Assembly: GCF_006345805.1 (NCBI RefSeq)
Contig: NC_042997.1
Span: 144,150,001-144,214,000 of the forward strand
Direction of reading: 5' to 3'
Source of the DNA: Octopus sinensis
Lineage: Eukaryota
Length of the DNA: 64,000 nt
Below are positions 39,749 through 52,064 of the stretch, in pieces. Position 1 is the stretch's first letter, and each line of letters opens with the position of its first letter. Below the pieces are notes generated by a model. It was not told the origin of the DNA and did not search any database. It saw only the letters and a list, made by a program, of their open reading frames with translations. The position numbers were made by a program, and so were the translations under genes.

Positions 39749-40173
39749 AGTTTGGCGCGAATGCGTTGGTCTTGAAAATTTTAAGACAGATATTCCCGAG
39801 GCATTGATACAGTCGCCTCGTGTATATTCGTCTCTCCAGGTTTCTTTTACTGATGAAGTGTGACCTATGGTAGACTAGCTTAATTTAATTTAATTAAGCT
39901 GGTCTATCATTAAAAACACCGAAACGATGCATCGTATAAAAGATGAATTAGGGTAAACGTTTTTAAATTTTCACCTTATTTCCGAATTGCACTACTTAGC
40001 GGTTTGAGTTCTGGCTGCTCTTTCTGGTGGACGAATGGCCTGTTTAGGCCATTCCTAAATTGTTATATTTATATATATATATATATATATATATCGGTGA
40101 GCTGGCAGAAACGTCAGCACGCTCTGTCCTTGTTTGTCCCCTTTGTGTTCAGCCCCTCGTGGGTAGTAAAGAA

Positions 40174-40206
<33 letters not shown>

Positions 40207-40285
40207 TTCGAATTTAGTTCACGGACTCCCAGTACTACCTTTGTAGAACACCAGGGGTCCGAGGACCACAGGTTGGGAACCACTG
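39619..40285. mobile_element. hAT-type MITE with nested insertions
   Basis: TIRs CAGTGGTTCCCAAC / GTTGGGAACCACTG; perfect 8-bp TSD CCCTACAC (39611-39618, 40286-40293). Confidence 0.9.
39843..39943 (+). ncRNA. Type I hammerhead ribozyme with extended stem II
   Basis: Stem I TCTTTTA/TAAAAGA; core CTGATGA (39850-39856); GTGT/ACAC plus a 19-bp internal hairpin; GAA; 12-nt palindrome ACGATGCATCGT; GUA triplet with cut after 39936. Confidence 0.85.
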
Positions 40286-40770
40286 CCCTACACCTTGTAA
40301 ACAAACAAGGGGTATCTTTTAATATGTTAATAGGGGTGAAGTAGCACTAACTGGTAAAATTATTTCTTCGACAGTATAATACACAATAATTACCTATAAC
40401 ATTTTTATGTAAACAATTATTACATCACTTATTCATATCTCTCTTTTCTAACTCTCGTATGACATATTCAATGGGGAAAAGCTTTTATGTGACCTTCTCA
40501 TGTGACTTTTACGTAAGGTGAATACATGAACAAACTAATCAATTTGCAAGTTAACGTACAACATTCCAAGCCACATTCCTACTTTCAGAATAAACTATTT
40601 TATAGCAAGGACCAGAATAGACATAATTCGCGACACAAATATACACTTTCGAAAACCGGTCAAGTGTATTCCTACGTTTTAAAATATAATTGAACTCTAA
40701 TTAATTTTAATATATTCTCAATGCATTCTCAACTTCTTTTCTTCTATTCCTATACTAGTTTGAATTAATA

Positions 40771-40843
<73 letters not shown>

Positions 40844-40846
<3 letters not shown>

Positions 40847-41379
40847 ACTTATAAATAAAGGCAAACGAAAAAGTTTCTAATGCCAAATATGACGAAAAAT
40901 TGGACATATTGTCCATTACCATATAATTTTTCACAATAAGCACGCTACTTAAAAAAAGCTGACAGAAATTTCTAAAAAATTCCATTATTACCATATTGGA
41001 CCGATTTCAGGGTTAGTTCGTAAGAACCTTCCCTTCGTCAGTGATACATGTGGCAAAGAAATAAATGAAATACTTACTCATACCCATGGGAGGGGTGGTT
41101 TGTGCGTCCTACAAATCAGAGAAGAAACGCATGACCAAAAACACGTAAGGAAGAAACGCATGACCAAAAACACATGTATCACTGACGAAGGGAGGGTTCT
41201 TACGAACTAACCCTGAAATCGGTCCAATATGGTAATAATGGAATTTTTTAGAAATTTCTGTCAGCTTTTTTTAAGTAGCGTGCGTATTGTAAAAAATTAT
41301 ATGGTAATGGACAATATGTCCAATTTTTCGCCATATTTGGCATTAGAAATTTTTTCGTTTGCCCTTATTTATAAGTTGT
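40844..41379. repeat. Inverted duplication (about 209-bp arms) beginning at a hammerhead-like motif
   Basis: Arms 40844-41052 / 41171-41379. Each inner end carries CTGACGA-AGGG..CCCT-GAA-ATCGGT-C; stem I is poorly paired. Confidence 0.9.
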
Positions 41380-41799
41380 TTATAATTTTAACCGTTAAAG
41401 GTATTTTTTAATATGCTGGCTACTGATAAAAAATTTTTCTGAAAGAAAAAATTTTATCCTACATTAAATATATATATATATAATTAGAAAAAAAACCACC
41501 TTTTATCAATTCAAAATGAACAATTAAATTACACCATCTAGAAAATTACATATAATAGAAATATTAACATTAAAATAACAATAAAATGTCAATGATTAAA
41601 TAAATTGCAAAATAATAATAATAATAATAATATAATAATAATAATAATAATATAATAATAATAACGTATATGAATTGTAGAATAACGACACGTGTTTCGT
41701 GGCTATATTTAAGAAATGATTATAGTGGTAGAGAAATGTCTACCACTAGCATTAAGCGATGTGTTCGCTTAATGCTATTTTTCTGTATTCGCGAATTTG

Positions 41800-42435
41800 A
41801 ATCTGGGATCAATGTAGGTCATTCTCTGGCATGGACTGGCACCACTAACGAACAACCCAACTTCAGAATTTCCCCCCTCTATAAATTCAGAGACAATGCA
41901 ACCTATAGTCAGCGCATTAGCAAAGAAACATATTTTATTGCAAAATATAAACCCCTTTTCAATGTTTCCACCACAAATGACACTACTACATGGACCTTAG
42001 AATAATACTCACGCAAATATTAAAAACTACAACCACGACAGGTCACTTTTAGGTCTCTTGACCATTGAGGCCCACGAACAGTCTACTACTATCATACAAC
42101 TCCCGTCTTTTTCTTCTTTCTCTTCTTTTCCTACTCATTCTTCTCTTTCTTCAACATCTTCTTCGGATGCTGCTGCTTAAACAATCAAAATCCAGAACCA
42201 ACATCACTCATATTAACTTTTTCTTCAGTTCTGCTATTACCTACCGAGCCTTCACAAAAATAAAAGAGAGAGAGAGAGAGACAGACAGAAAAAACGGAAA
42301 ATGTCCTACCTATTTCAAGACTATGGAAATATCTTTTAAAAAATACATTTCATTTAATTTTTCCGCAATTTAATTGTTTTTCTTTCTTTATTCTATGTTG
42401 AAAAAGTCCAAAAGACTGAAACCGGTACTAAAATG
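41800..42435 (+). mobile_element. Penelope-like remnant: GIY-YIG C-terminus, 3' region and degenerate HHR
   Basis: NFRISPLYKFRDNATYSQRISKETYFIAKYKPLFN matches the PLE endonuclease end; AGTC-CAAAA-GACT-GAA-ACCGGT-A at about 42405-42428. Confidence 0.7.
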
Positions 42436-42518
42436 TTCATGATAAAATTGCTTTAGCATTTTCTACCTCGCATTATTTTCCTTATACATATCAACTCGTG
42501 TGTTACTTTTCAACTTTC

Positions 42519-42596
<78 letters not shown>

Positions 42597-42597
<1 letters not shown>

Positions 42598-42785
42598 CTA
42601 CGGCACTCCGTCGGTTACGACGACGAGGGTTCTAGTTGATCCAATCAACAGAACAGCCTGCTCGTGAAATTGACGTGCAAGTGGCTGAGCACTCCACAGA
42701 CACGTGTACTTTTAACGTACTTCTCGGGGAAATTGAGCGTGACACGGAGTGTGAGAAGACTAGCTCCTTTGAACTATAGGTTCAT
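42597..42785 (-). mobile_element. SINE family D, 3' part
   Basis: GGCACTCCGTCGGTTACGACGACGAGGG... shared with other copies. Confidence 0.8.
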
Positions 42786-42929
42786 CAGAAACAGGAAGTA
42801 AGAGTGACAGAAAGTTGTGGTGAAAGAGAACAGCAGGGTTTTCCATGCCTCCCTCCCCCCTGCCGGAGCCTCGTGGAGAAATATTAAATTTCTAAATATC
42901 TCATAGAGATATGTACGGTGGTGGGGCGA

Positions 42930-43125
42930 TAGAATGGTTGTATACTGTCAATCTAACGTGAACGTGACAGTAGGGGATTACACCACCGCTGTTTAGCCCT
43001 AGAGAGCATCGACGCTTCCTGTGTCGAAGCCATCAGGAAGCGTCGATGCTCTCTAGGGATAAACAGCGGTGGTGTAATCCCCTACTGTCACGTTCACGTT
43101 ACATTGACAGTATACAACCATTCTA
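42930..43125. repeat. Near-perfect hairpin (about 92-bp arms) centred on a broken hammerhead
   Basis: Arms 42930-43021 / 43034-43125; minus-strand centre reads CTGATG-GCTTC-GACACAG-GAAGC-GTC-GATG. Confidence 0.9.
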
Positions 43126-43598
43126 TATATATATAAGAAATTAATAAATAAAACATATGCATATATACATACATATATGTACGTACCTACCTCTACATGT
43201 ATATATACATGCATATATGGGTACAGGACACCAAAAAACGTCGAACACAATGAGAAACGAAAACATAAACATAAAATCAAGGAACTGGACATTTTTCTTA
43301 AACAACGAAAAAATAGAGTACAGGACAAATAACACAACGAAAATTCCCCTTCTTCAGTCGCCATGGTTTCATCTACTCTGCGTTTCGAAGGTGAAGGCGA
43401 TACGCATCTTCGATAGAAACTTTCGTTCCCGCGAAAAGCAAACTAAATAAAATTTGAGATCTTTTTGCGGAGGGGTAAAAATGGTAACAAAAACAGGACA
43501 GTAACGACAGTACAAAATATAAACAGTAAAAGACAGGACAAGGAGAATAACAAGACAAGAAGGGCTGTTAAGCCGAACGAGATAAAGTATTATGAACG

Positions 43599-43712
<114 letters not shown>

Positions 43713-43851
43713 TGTATGTATGTGTATGTATGTATGTATGTATGTATGTATGTATGTATGTAGTATGTATGTATGTATGTATGTGATTGCGTGTGTACCG
43801 TTGGCGATTTTTTCCTCCGTCTTCCCTTCTCTGGATCTTTCTTTTTCCTAT

Positions 43852-43886
43852 GTTTCTGACGAAGAGCTCCGCTCGAAACGTTAAAC
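43852..43886 (+). ncRNA. 35-nt minimal type I hammerhead ribozyme (GAGC/GCTC family)
   Basis: GTTT-CTGACGA-A-GAGC-TCC-GCTC-GAA-ACGT-T-AAAC; all core residues canonical. Confidence 0.8.
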
Positions 43887-44789
43887 CCTCCTTCTTCCCT
43901 TCCTTTCTGAGCGTCCAATAATACTATGTTTGTTCCACGTCCTCGCGTTGTTGTGTTTTCTCTTTGTGTTTTCATGTTTGGATCAACTATATATATATAT
44001 ATATATATATATCAGTAGCAGCAGTATTTAGCATCCATTTTCCATGCTGAGATGGGTTACACAGTTTGACTGAGACTTCTAAACCAGAGAGCTGTACCAG
44101 GTAGAAAATGCTAAACTAACTTTATCTGATTTGACTTAGTTCCTATGGTTGGTTGTTCTTCCAGATTTCAAACACTCCAGGGTGCAGTGGGTGTCTTTTA
44201 TGTGTCATGACTACAATGTCACTTGACTATATTTCAGAGACATACTTCCCTGGTGAGTGATTTAATCTGAAACCATGTGTTGAAACTAAAATAATTACGG
44301 AAGACATGTATTAGACATTCAATATCACGCAAAATCTGTTTACATTTTTTTAATATTTATTATTTGACTGAGACCGCTAAGCTTGAGAGCTGTACCAGGC
44401 TCCGTTCTGATTTGGCTTGGTTTCTACGGTTGGATACCATGGTGTCAAAATTCCTACTGCACCAGCTATGATCTAGTCACTGATATGGCTCCACTGCAAC
44501 TCAAACGAAAAGTTTGACATCAAATAATAAATGTTTAAGTGAAGTTAACAGTTTTTGTGTGTTTTTAAAAGGCTAATATGTATCTTCCACACTATTGGTA
44601 TTGAATTAAAAAGTAATAATTTATGTAAGTCAATTGTTGTTGATCAATATTTCTCCATTTTCTGTTTACTTTATACACACACACACACACACATACACAC
44701 ACATACACACACACACACACACACATACACACACACACATACACACACACACACATACACACACACACACATACACACACACACACATT

Positions 44790-44960
44790 AAGGCGGCGAG
44801 TGCTTCGACCGTCCCTATGTTCTGAGTTCAAATTCTGCCGAGGTCGACTCTGCCTTTTATCCTTTCGGAGTCGATAAATTAAGTACCTGTTGAGTACTGG
44901 GGTCGATGTAATTGACTGGCCCTCTCCAAAAATTTCAGGCCTTATGCCTTTAATAGAAGG
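44790..44960 (+). mobile_element. SINE family B
   Basis: GGCGGCGAG...GAGTTCAAATTCTGCCGAGGTCGACTCTGCCTTTTATCC...AAAATTTCAGGCCTT. Confidence 0.8.
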
Positions 44961-44988
44961 GATTTTATATATATTATATATATGTATG

Positions 44989-45075
<87 letters not shown>

Positions 45076-45083
<8 letters not shown>

Positions 45084-46057
45084 AATATAAGAGAGTGGTC
45101 ACTATATGGCTCACTCTAGCACCAGTTAATCCAAAAGGTTTCAACCACAAAAATACATGTTTCCATGAAAGTCAGTACGATTGTTAGCTCACACGGACAG
45201 GGCAAATAAAAAATAACAAAAATACAGATTATTTTGGGACAATTGTTTCGCTATTATGAATTAAATGTAATTTTACTTACAAAAAAATCCACTTGTAGCT
45301 CGTCAGCCAAAACTATCTGGATGAAATCCACTCAATCACACGCCAGATTTTACCATAACGATAAATACGCGTGTGGTTCAATTGATTACATCCGACGTTA
45401 TAATTCAAATGCCCCAACTAACAGCGCGCCAAACTTTCACGGAAAACAAAGACTGCATTTAGAAATAAATGTAGCATAATTATAATTAATTAATAAGGGT
45501 GAGAGAATTAGATACTAATTTAATAGTATATCTATTCAACACCAAGTGGCCTAGTGCTCCGAGAAACCTGGATTATTATAATATTTTATAATATATTATA
45601 ATATTTTTACAAAATAAATATAAGAGAGTGGTCACTATATGGCTCACTCTAGCACCAGTTAATCCAAAAGGTTTCAACCACAAAAATACATGTTCCCATG
45701 AAAGTCAGTACGATTGTTAGCTCACACGGACAGGGCAAATAAAAAATAACAAAAATACAGATTAATTGTCCCAAAATAATCTGTATTTTTGTTATTTTTT
45801 ATTTGCCCTGTCCGTGTGAGCTAACAATCGTACTGACTTTCATGGGAAACATGTATTTTTGTGGTTGAAACCTTTTGGATTAACTGGTGCTAGAGTGAGC
45901 CATATAGTGACCACTCTCTTATATTTATTTTGTAAAAATATTATAATATATTATAAAATATTATAATAATCCAGGTTTCTCGGAGCACTAGGCCACTTGG
46001 TGTTGAATAGATATACTATTAAATTAGTATCTAATTCTCTCACCCTTATTAATTAAT

Positions 46058-46061
<4 letters not shown>
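45076..46061. mobile_element. Retrozyme-like element: 533-nt tandem unit plus inverted copy
   Basis: 45076-45230 repeated at +533; 45481-45763 inverted at 45778-46061; bounded by (TA)n on both sides; no ORF. Confidence 0.8.
45232..45312 (-). ncRNA. Canonical type I hammerhead ribozyme
   Basis: TTTTGG-CTGACGA-GCTA-(about 40-nt loop)-TAGC-GAA-ACAATTGT-C-CCAAAA; GUC cut between 45238 and 45237. Confidence 0.9.
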
Positions 46062-46089
<28 letters not shown>

Positions 46090-46467
46090 TAAATATATAT
46101 ATAATACAAAAAAGGGGACAACAAAACATCCAGACTGACGATACGAAGAAAACAAGGACAGGTCATTCGGAGTTTTCTTTCCTCAGTCGAGTTCCAGATT
46201 ATCTTTGCAATTTCGGCTGGTTATATTCGAGATTGCTCCAATCTGGCCAGTTCCGGGGAAAAGCTAAGCTAAAAGCACTAGATTCCTTGGAACAAAGCAG
46301 TGAATGTATACGAAAACAAGGATGGGGGTGGGGAAGCGGAGAAATGGCACACAAATATAAATAACAGGGCGTCTTTCGAGTTAGGACGAATTAAATTAGA
46401 CTGGCGCGTGTGGAAGTAAAGCCTTACGGCAGGGACATAAGATTGGACGGGCACAGGGAGGAATATA

Positions 46468-46528
<61 letters not shown>

Positions 46529-46567
46529 CAGTAATGGAGGGTTCTATTAACCGCACGTGGAGAAATG

Positions 46568-46731
46568 ATAGGAGAGGAAAAAATAATAAGGCAGAATGCT
46601 AAATTGAAAGTACATTTTAATAAAAATGGGTGTATGAAAAATGAAAAAAGAAAAATTAATTTTATACACCCATTTTTATTAAAATGTACTTTCAATTTAG
46701 CATTCTGCCTTATTATTTTTTCCTCTCCTAT
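46568..46731. repeat. Perfect hairpin, 68-bp arms
   Basis: 46568-46635 vs 46664-46731 with an A-rich spacer. Confidence 0.9.
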
Positions 46732-46738
46732 ATACATA

Positions 46739-46809
<71 letters not shown>

Positions 46810-47869
46810 TAACCCAACACTAACATCCTTTTTACTGATAACAAAATTTTTCATTTATAAATGTAGACAATAAATTCAATGAATAATGCCAGTTAAATTT
46901 CTCTCCTGTGAAACAAAAAGTTACCAATCTATGGTTCAACACAGAGAAATAACTATGAGAAAGACTTGACCTTTCCACTTAGAAAACTATTGAAAACAAC
47001 AAATGTGTTATGTGAAAAAGCCGTGTATTTTCCCAAATATTTTTATGTAATTTAATATTCCTTCCTTAGTTGTTTTGATTTCAGCTTCACTGTAAAAGTA
47101 TAATCTGCTAATTAATTTACGTAATAATAGATTAATCTTATGAACAAACGAAACGAAACATTGTGAGTAATTTGCTTGTATTACACAATTACACCACACA
47201 AAAATGTGATTAATGTTTCGCCTTTCTTTACGTCGTTCTTTCTCTCTTTCTTCTTTTCTTTCTTTACGTCGTTCTTTCCTTTCCTTCCCATTTTTTGTTG
47301 TTGTTTATTTTAATGGTCTCTTTATTTCTTTTCGCTTTCTTTTCTTTTTCTTTCCAGTGTAGGAAGGGATAAAAATAAAAGATATATGTCTTACGTGGAA
47401 ATGGGATTGACAAGTCCAACTGGGTTACATGGACAAAAAATAAATAAATAAAATAGATATAACGAATAAAACAAACTGGAAAAAAAGAAAAGCCAGAACA
47501 AAACAAAGTGAATCAGAGATTAGTGAATAAGCTATTTTTAGATTTAATAATACAAAATGAAAATAAAAATCACAGAGTGGTCTTTCCTCTGTAAACCAGC
47601 TGTTGGACATAAAATTCATGATCCTTGAAATAAAGGAGTGGTTTGGTGTTAACGATCATGAAATTGAATTGGAGACCATGGTTCTTCAGAGCAAAACGAA
47701 GGGGAAATGATTGTTTGGCTAAGAAGATCACTTCTCGACCCCACATGGTTTCAGGTTCAGTTCTAGCGCGTGGCTCTTTGGTGCTAGTGTCTTCTTCCAT
47801 AGTCCCAAACTAACCAAAGCCTTGTGGAAAGTGAAAAGAGCCGATTGTGTATATCACCACCAACACCAC

Positions 47870-48029
47870 TACCATCATCATCATCATCATCATCATCGAT
47901 ATCGTTGTCGTTGTCGCTGTTGTCGTCGTCGTCGTTGTCGTCGTCATCGTCGTCGTCATTATCATCATTATCACAATCATTTTCCTTTTTAACATCATCA
48001 TCCTCATCATTGCCATCATCGTCATCATC

Positions 48030-48069
<40 letters not shown>

Positions 48070-48220
48070 TCATCGACATCGTTGTCGTTGTTTGTCGTCG
48101 TTGTTGTCGTCGTTGTCGTCGTCATCGTCGTTGTCGTCGTTGTCATTATCATCATCACAATCATTATCCTTATCATCATCATCATCATCATTGTCATCAT
48201 CTATCATCATCATCGTCGTT

Positions 48221-48284
<64 letters not shown>

Positions 48285-48350
48285 CCATCATCATTACCAT
48301 CATCGTCATCATCATCATCGTCATCATCGTCATCGTCATCATCATCATCG

Positions 48351-48387
<37 letters not shown>

Positions 48388-48395
48388 AATTATCA
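47870..48395. repeat. Long imperfect (ATC)n/(GTC)n trinucleotide tract
   Basis: Direct reading; it is the expanded tail of a minus-strand family C SINE (48395-48520). Confidence 0.9.
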
Positions 48396-48929
48396 TCATT
48401 TAATAGCTCTTTTCACATGCTGACGTGGGTTGTATTGGTTTAACAGGAACCAGCAAGCCAGAGTGCTGCACCGTGCTCCACTATCTGCTTTGGCCTGTTT
48501 TCTATAGCTGGAGACCCTTCCTAATGTCACACACTTTTCACTGTATGTGTGTGTGGGGGGGGGGTGCGTGTGTGTGTGTGTCTTTGCCTTGACATTGCGT
48601 ATAGAGTTTAAGCTTTTGTCATTGTCAGACAAAAACTGTTTTTCATTTCTGGTCTTCAGTCAGGACAAGTCTGGCCAAGGGGAAATATTATCTTACAGTG
48701 GTTGGTGACAGGTAAAGCATCTGGCTTTAGAAACTCTACCTCAACAAATTCAGTCTGTCCCACGCAGGCGTGGGAGAATGGAAGTTAAAGCAATGATGAT
48801 GAAGAAAATAAGGATGATGATGGAGAGGATGATGTTATTTTCATAAATGGTAATAAAAAAAATCAAAACACAAATACAAAGACACACACACATATCTACA
48901 AAAAATATAACATTTTTTTCTTTTAATTT

Positions 48930-49311
48930 TTCTTTTGTTTCAGTCATTTGACTGCGGCGATGCTGGAGTACTACCTTTAGTCGAACAAATCGACCCCAGG
49001 ACTTATTTTTTGCAAGCCTAGAACTTATTCTATCGGTCTTTTTGTTGAACTGCTAAGTTACGGGGGCGTAAACACACCAACAACGATTGTCAAGCAATGG
49101 TGGGGAGACAAACACAAACACACAAATACACACACACACACACACACACAAACACATACGACGGGCTTCTTTCAGTTTCTAAATCAACTCACAAGGCTTG
49201 GTCAGCTCGAGGCTATAGTAGAAGACAATTGCCTAAGATGGCGCGCAGAGGGACTGAACTCAGAACCATGTCGTTTGGAAGCAAGCTTCTTACAACAGAG
49301 CTACGCTTGTG

Positions 49312-49315
<4 letters not shown>
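48930..49315 (-). mobile_element. SINE family A
   Basis: Reverse-complement tail, microsatellite and head. Confidence 0.85.
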
Positions 49316-49351
<36 letters not shown>

Positions 49352-49419
49352 TATTCGCCATGATAGATCGCTAGCCACTACACATTCTTTATTTTCTCTC
49401 CTTGATTCTTTCTGTGTTC

Positions 49420-49456
49420 CTTTCTGTGGAAGTGCGTGGGCTCGAAAAGTTGAAAA
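49420..49456 (+). ncRNA. Degenerate minimal hammerhead-like motif (A6U core)
   Basis: CTTT-CTGTGGA-A-GTGC-GTGG-GCTC-GAA-AAGT-T. Confidence 0.4.
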
Positions 49457-49658
49457 CTTTTTCATTTCCTGACCATTATACTGATACATCTGTTTGTTGT
49501 CTACACCACCTGTCTTCGTCTTTTGTTTATATATATATATACATATATATATATATGTTGAGTTTGATCTGAGAACATAGACTTTTTGTGGAGAATGGCG
49601 ATTTGACGTCTATATCTAGCATGTTGACTGTCCACTTTTTCGTGTTCAGTCCTTAATT

Positions 49659-49732
<74 letters not shown>

Positions 49733-49733
<1 letters not shown>

Positions 49734-50299
49734 TGGGTCGTCCGGAAAGTTCGTGCCGATTTTTAAAGGAAAGAAAAAGGTCAATAAATACTTGCCATTA
49801 CAGTTTTAATCAATCAAATATGAACCATTTTGTTGCACAATGCGTCTCCATCTTTCCTTTAACTTGAAAATACCCTCTCTCCAGAATTGACGTGGTTTCA
49901 TGGCAAAGAATTTATCAAGCTATCCTTTTACGTCATCCAAGGAATTGAAACTTTTTACCATTAAGACTATTCTGCAGAGACCTGAATAAGTGGAAATCCG
50001 AAGGAGCAATATCTGGTGAATATGGAGGGTGGGGTAACACATCCCAGGTGAGCTGCAGCAATTTCTGTTTGGTTCCCAAAACATCAAGTGCGGAAAATGA
50101 ACTTTCTTATCTTCCACTTTAAAGGTTTACAGAATTAACACAGGTTATAGGAACATAAACCTTCTTCCACGAAAAGATTGCTTAAACTGTGCTCGAAATG
50201 AAGGTGTAGTCAAATCCTATTTTATGGACTCAACCATGTTCTAAAATAAGTCGAAAGGTAAGCTACTATAAATCGGCACGAACTTTCCGGACAATCCAA
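49733..50299 (-). mobile_element. Internally deleted mariner
   Basis: TIRs TTGGGTCGTCCGGAAAGTTCGTGCCGATTT / AAATCGGCACGAACTTTCCGGACAATCCAA, TA flanks; minus strand SPDIAPSDFHLFRSL motif. Confidence 0.9.
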
Positions 50300-50314
50300 T
50301 ATATACATATATAA

Positions 50315-50625
50315 CTGGCAATCCGTCGGTTACGATGACGAAGGTTCCAGTTGATCAGATGAATGGAACAACCTGCTTGTGAAATTAATGTGCAAGTGTA
50401 CAGACACGCGTACCCTTAATGTAGCTCTCAGAGAGATTCCATGACAGACAGAATATGACAAAGCTGGCTCCTCTGAAATACAGGTGCTACTAATTTTTGT
50501 CAGCTAAGTGGACTGGAGCAACGTGAAATAAAATATCTTGCTCAGACACAACGTGTAGACAAGAATTGAACTCACGACCTTACGATCGTAAGCCGGATGA
50601 TCTAACCACTAAGCCATGCGTCTTC
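50315..50625 (-). mobile_element. SINE family D, near full length
   Basis: tRNA-like head on the minus strand (GCATGGCTTAGTGGTTAG...GTGAGTTCAATTC) and the family tail. Confidence 0.8.
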
Positions 50626-50685
50626 ATATATATATATATATTTCTAGCATACTGGATGTCCACTTAGTGGTCATCCCTTCTTATA

Positions 50686-50747
<62 letters not shown>

Positions 50748-50763
50748 CATATATATATGTATG

Positions 50764-50796
<33 letters not shown>

Positions 50797-50799
50797 TAC

Positions 50800-50893
<94 letters not shown>

Positions 50894-51288
50894 CTAGCAG
50901 TATCGCCCGGCGTTGCTCGGGTTTGTAAGGGAAATAATTATATAAGCATTTTTAGAGATGTAAAGTATAATAGCCATCTCAATATGTCTAACCACAAAGG
51001 GGGAGGGGTGTTACTGTAGCTTTTTACGTTCTGAGATTTAATAATAAATTTTAGAGAGTTACTTCCCTTATATATGTCAAAAATGGATTAAAAATGGGAA
51101 AAATTGATGGTAAATTTTTTTTTAAATCGTAGACTCATCGTAGACGCGCGCTAATACCCAGACGGTCTCGATATGAATCACGACTATAAGATACCCGGTT
51201 TTGGTTAAACTGCACCGCAAAATGTGGGAGTAGTTAGGAATCTAAATCGTAGGAGACAGACACACAACCTCACTTTTATATATAAAGA
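50894..51288 (-). mobile_element. Non-autonomous Helitron
   Basis: 5' TC after A, subterminal hairpin CCCGAGC-AAC-GCCGGG, 3' CTAG before T. Confidence 0.8.
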
Positions 51289-51446
51289 TTTCCTCTATTT
51301 ACATAATATTGAGGTCTCTTTCTTTCTTTTGTTATCTTACTGTTTTTACCAATATACATATATATATATAAATATATATATAGTTACAGAGATGTACTTG
51401 CATAGCAAGTGACTTGATCTGAGATCGTGTGCTGGAACGAAAACAG

Positions 51447-51702
51447 TTGCAGCGTGAAGGTGTTTATAAGCCATTTAAGAAACACACAAAAACCGTTAGA
51501 TTCACTTCAACATTTAAATTTAATTTGTCAAAATATTTTCGTCGCTTTGAGACCGCGACCTGTTAGCACGATATTTTTGTCAGTGAACAGGTCGCGGTCT
51601 CAAAGCGACGAAAATATTTTGGCAAATTAAATTTAAATGTTGAAGTGAATGTAACGGTTTTTGTGTTTCTTAAATGGCTTACAAACACCTTCCACGCTGC
51701 AA
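51447..51702. repeat. Inverted duplication (about 117-bp arms) with its junction inside a hammerhead core
   Basis: Arms 51447-51564 / 51586-51702. Confidence 0.9.
51576..51626 (+). ncRNA. Hammerhead-like fold with swapped G3:C8 core pair
   Basis: TTTGTCA-GTGAACA-G-GTCGC-GGTCTCAAA-GCGAC-GAA-AATATT-T-TGGCAAA (TGACAAA in the sister arm). Confidence 0.65.
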
Positions 51703-52064
51703 TATATATATACACATATATATATATATGTATGTATGTATGTATGTGTGTATATGTGTATGCATGTATGTGTGTGTGTGTGCGTGTCTGTGCTTGTGAT
51801 TGTCCTCCACCACTGCTTGACAACGAATGTTGGTTTGTTTACATCCCTGTCACCTAGTGGTTTGACAAAGGAAACAGATAGAATAAGTACAATGCTTACA
51901 AAAATAAAACTGGAGTTGATTCATTAAACTACAATTCTTCAAGGCATTGCCCCAGCATGGCCACAGACCAATGGCTGGAAAAAGCAGAAGAATAAAAGAA
52001 TACATTCTCTGCTTTGGTCTTATGTTCAAGGCATGAGAAAGCTTGAGTTTACATGAGAAGGCCT

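Noticed and set aside
47784-48423. Poly-His/Ser/Asp ORFs of up to 199 aa
   Set aside because: Trinucleotide (ATC/GTC)n expansion of a SINE tail, open in most frames.
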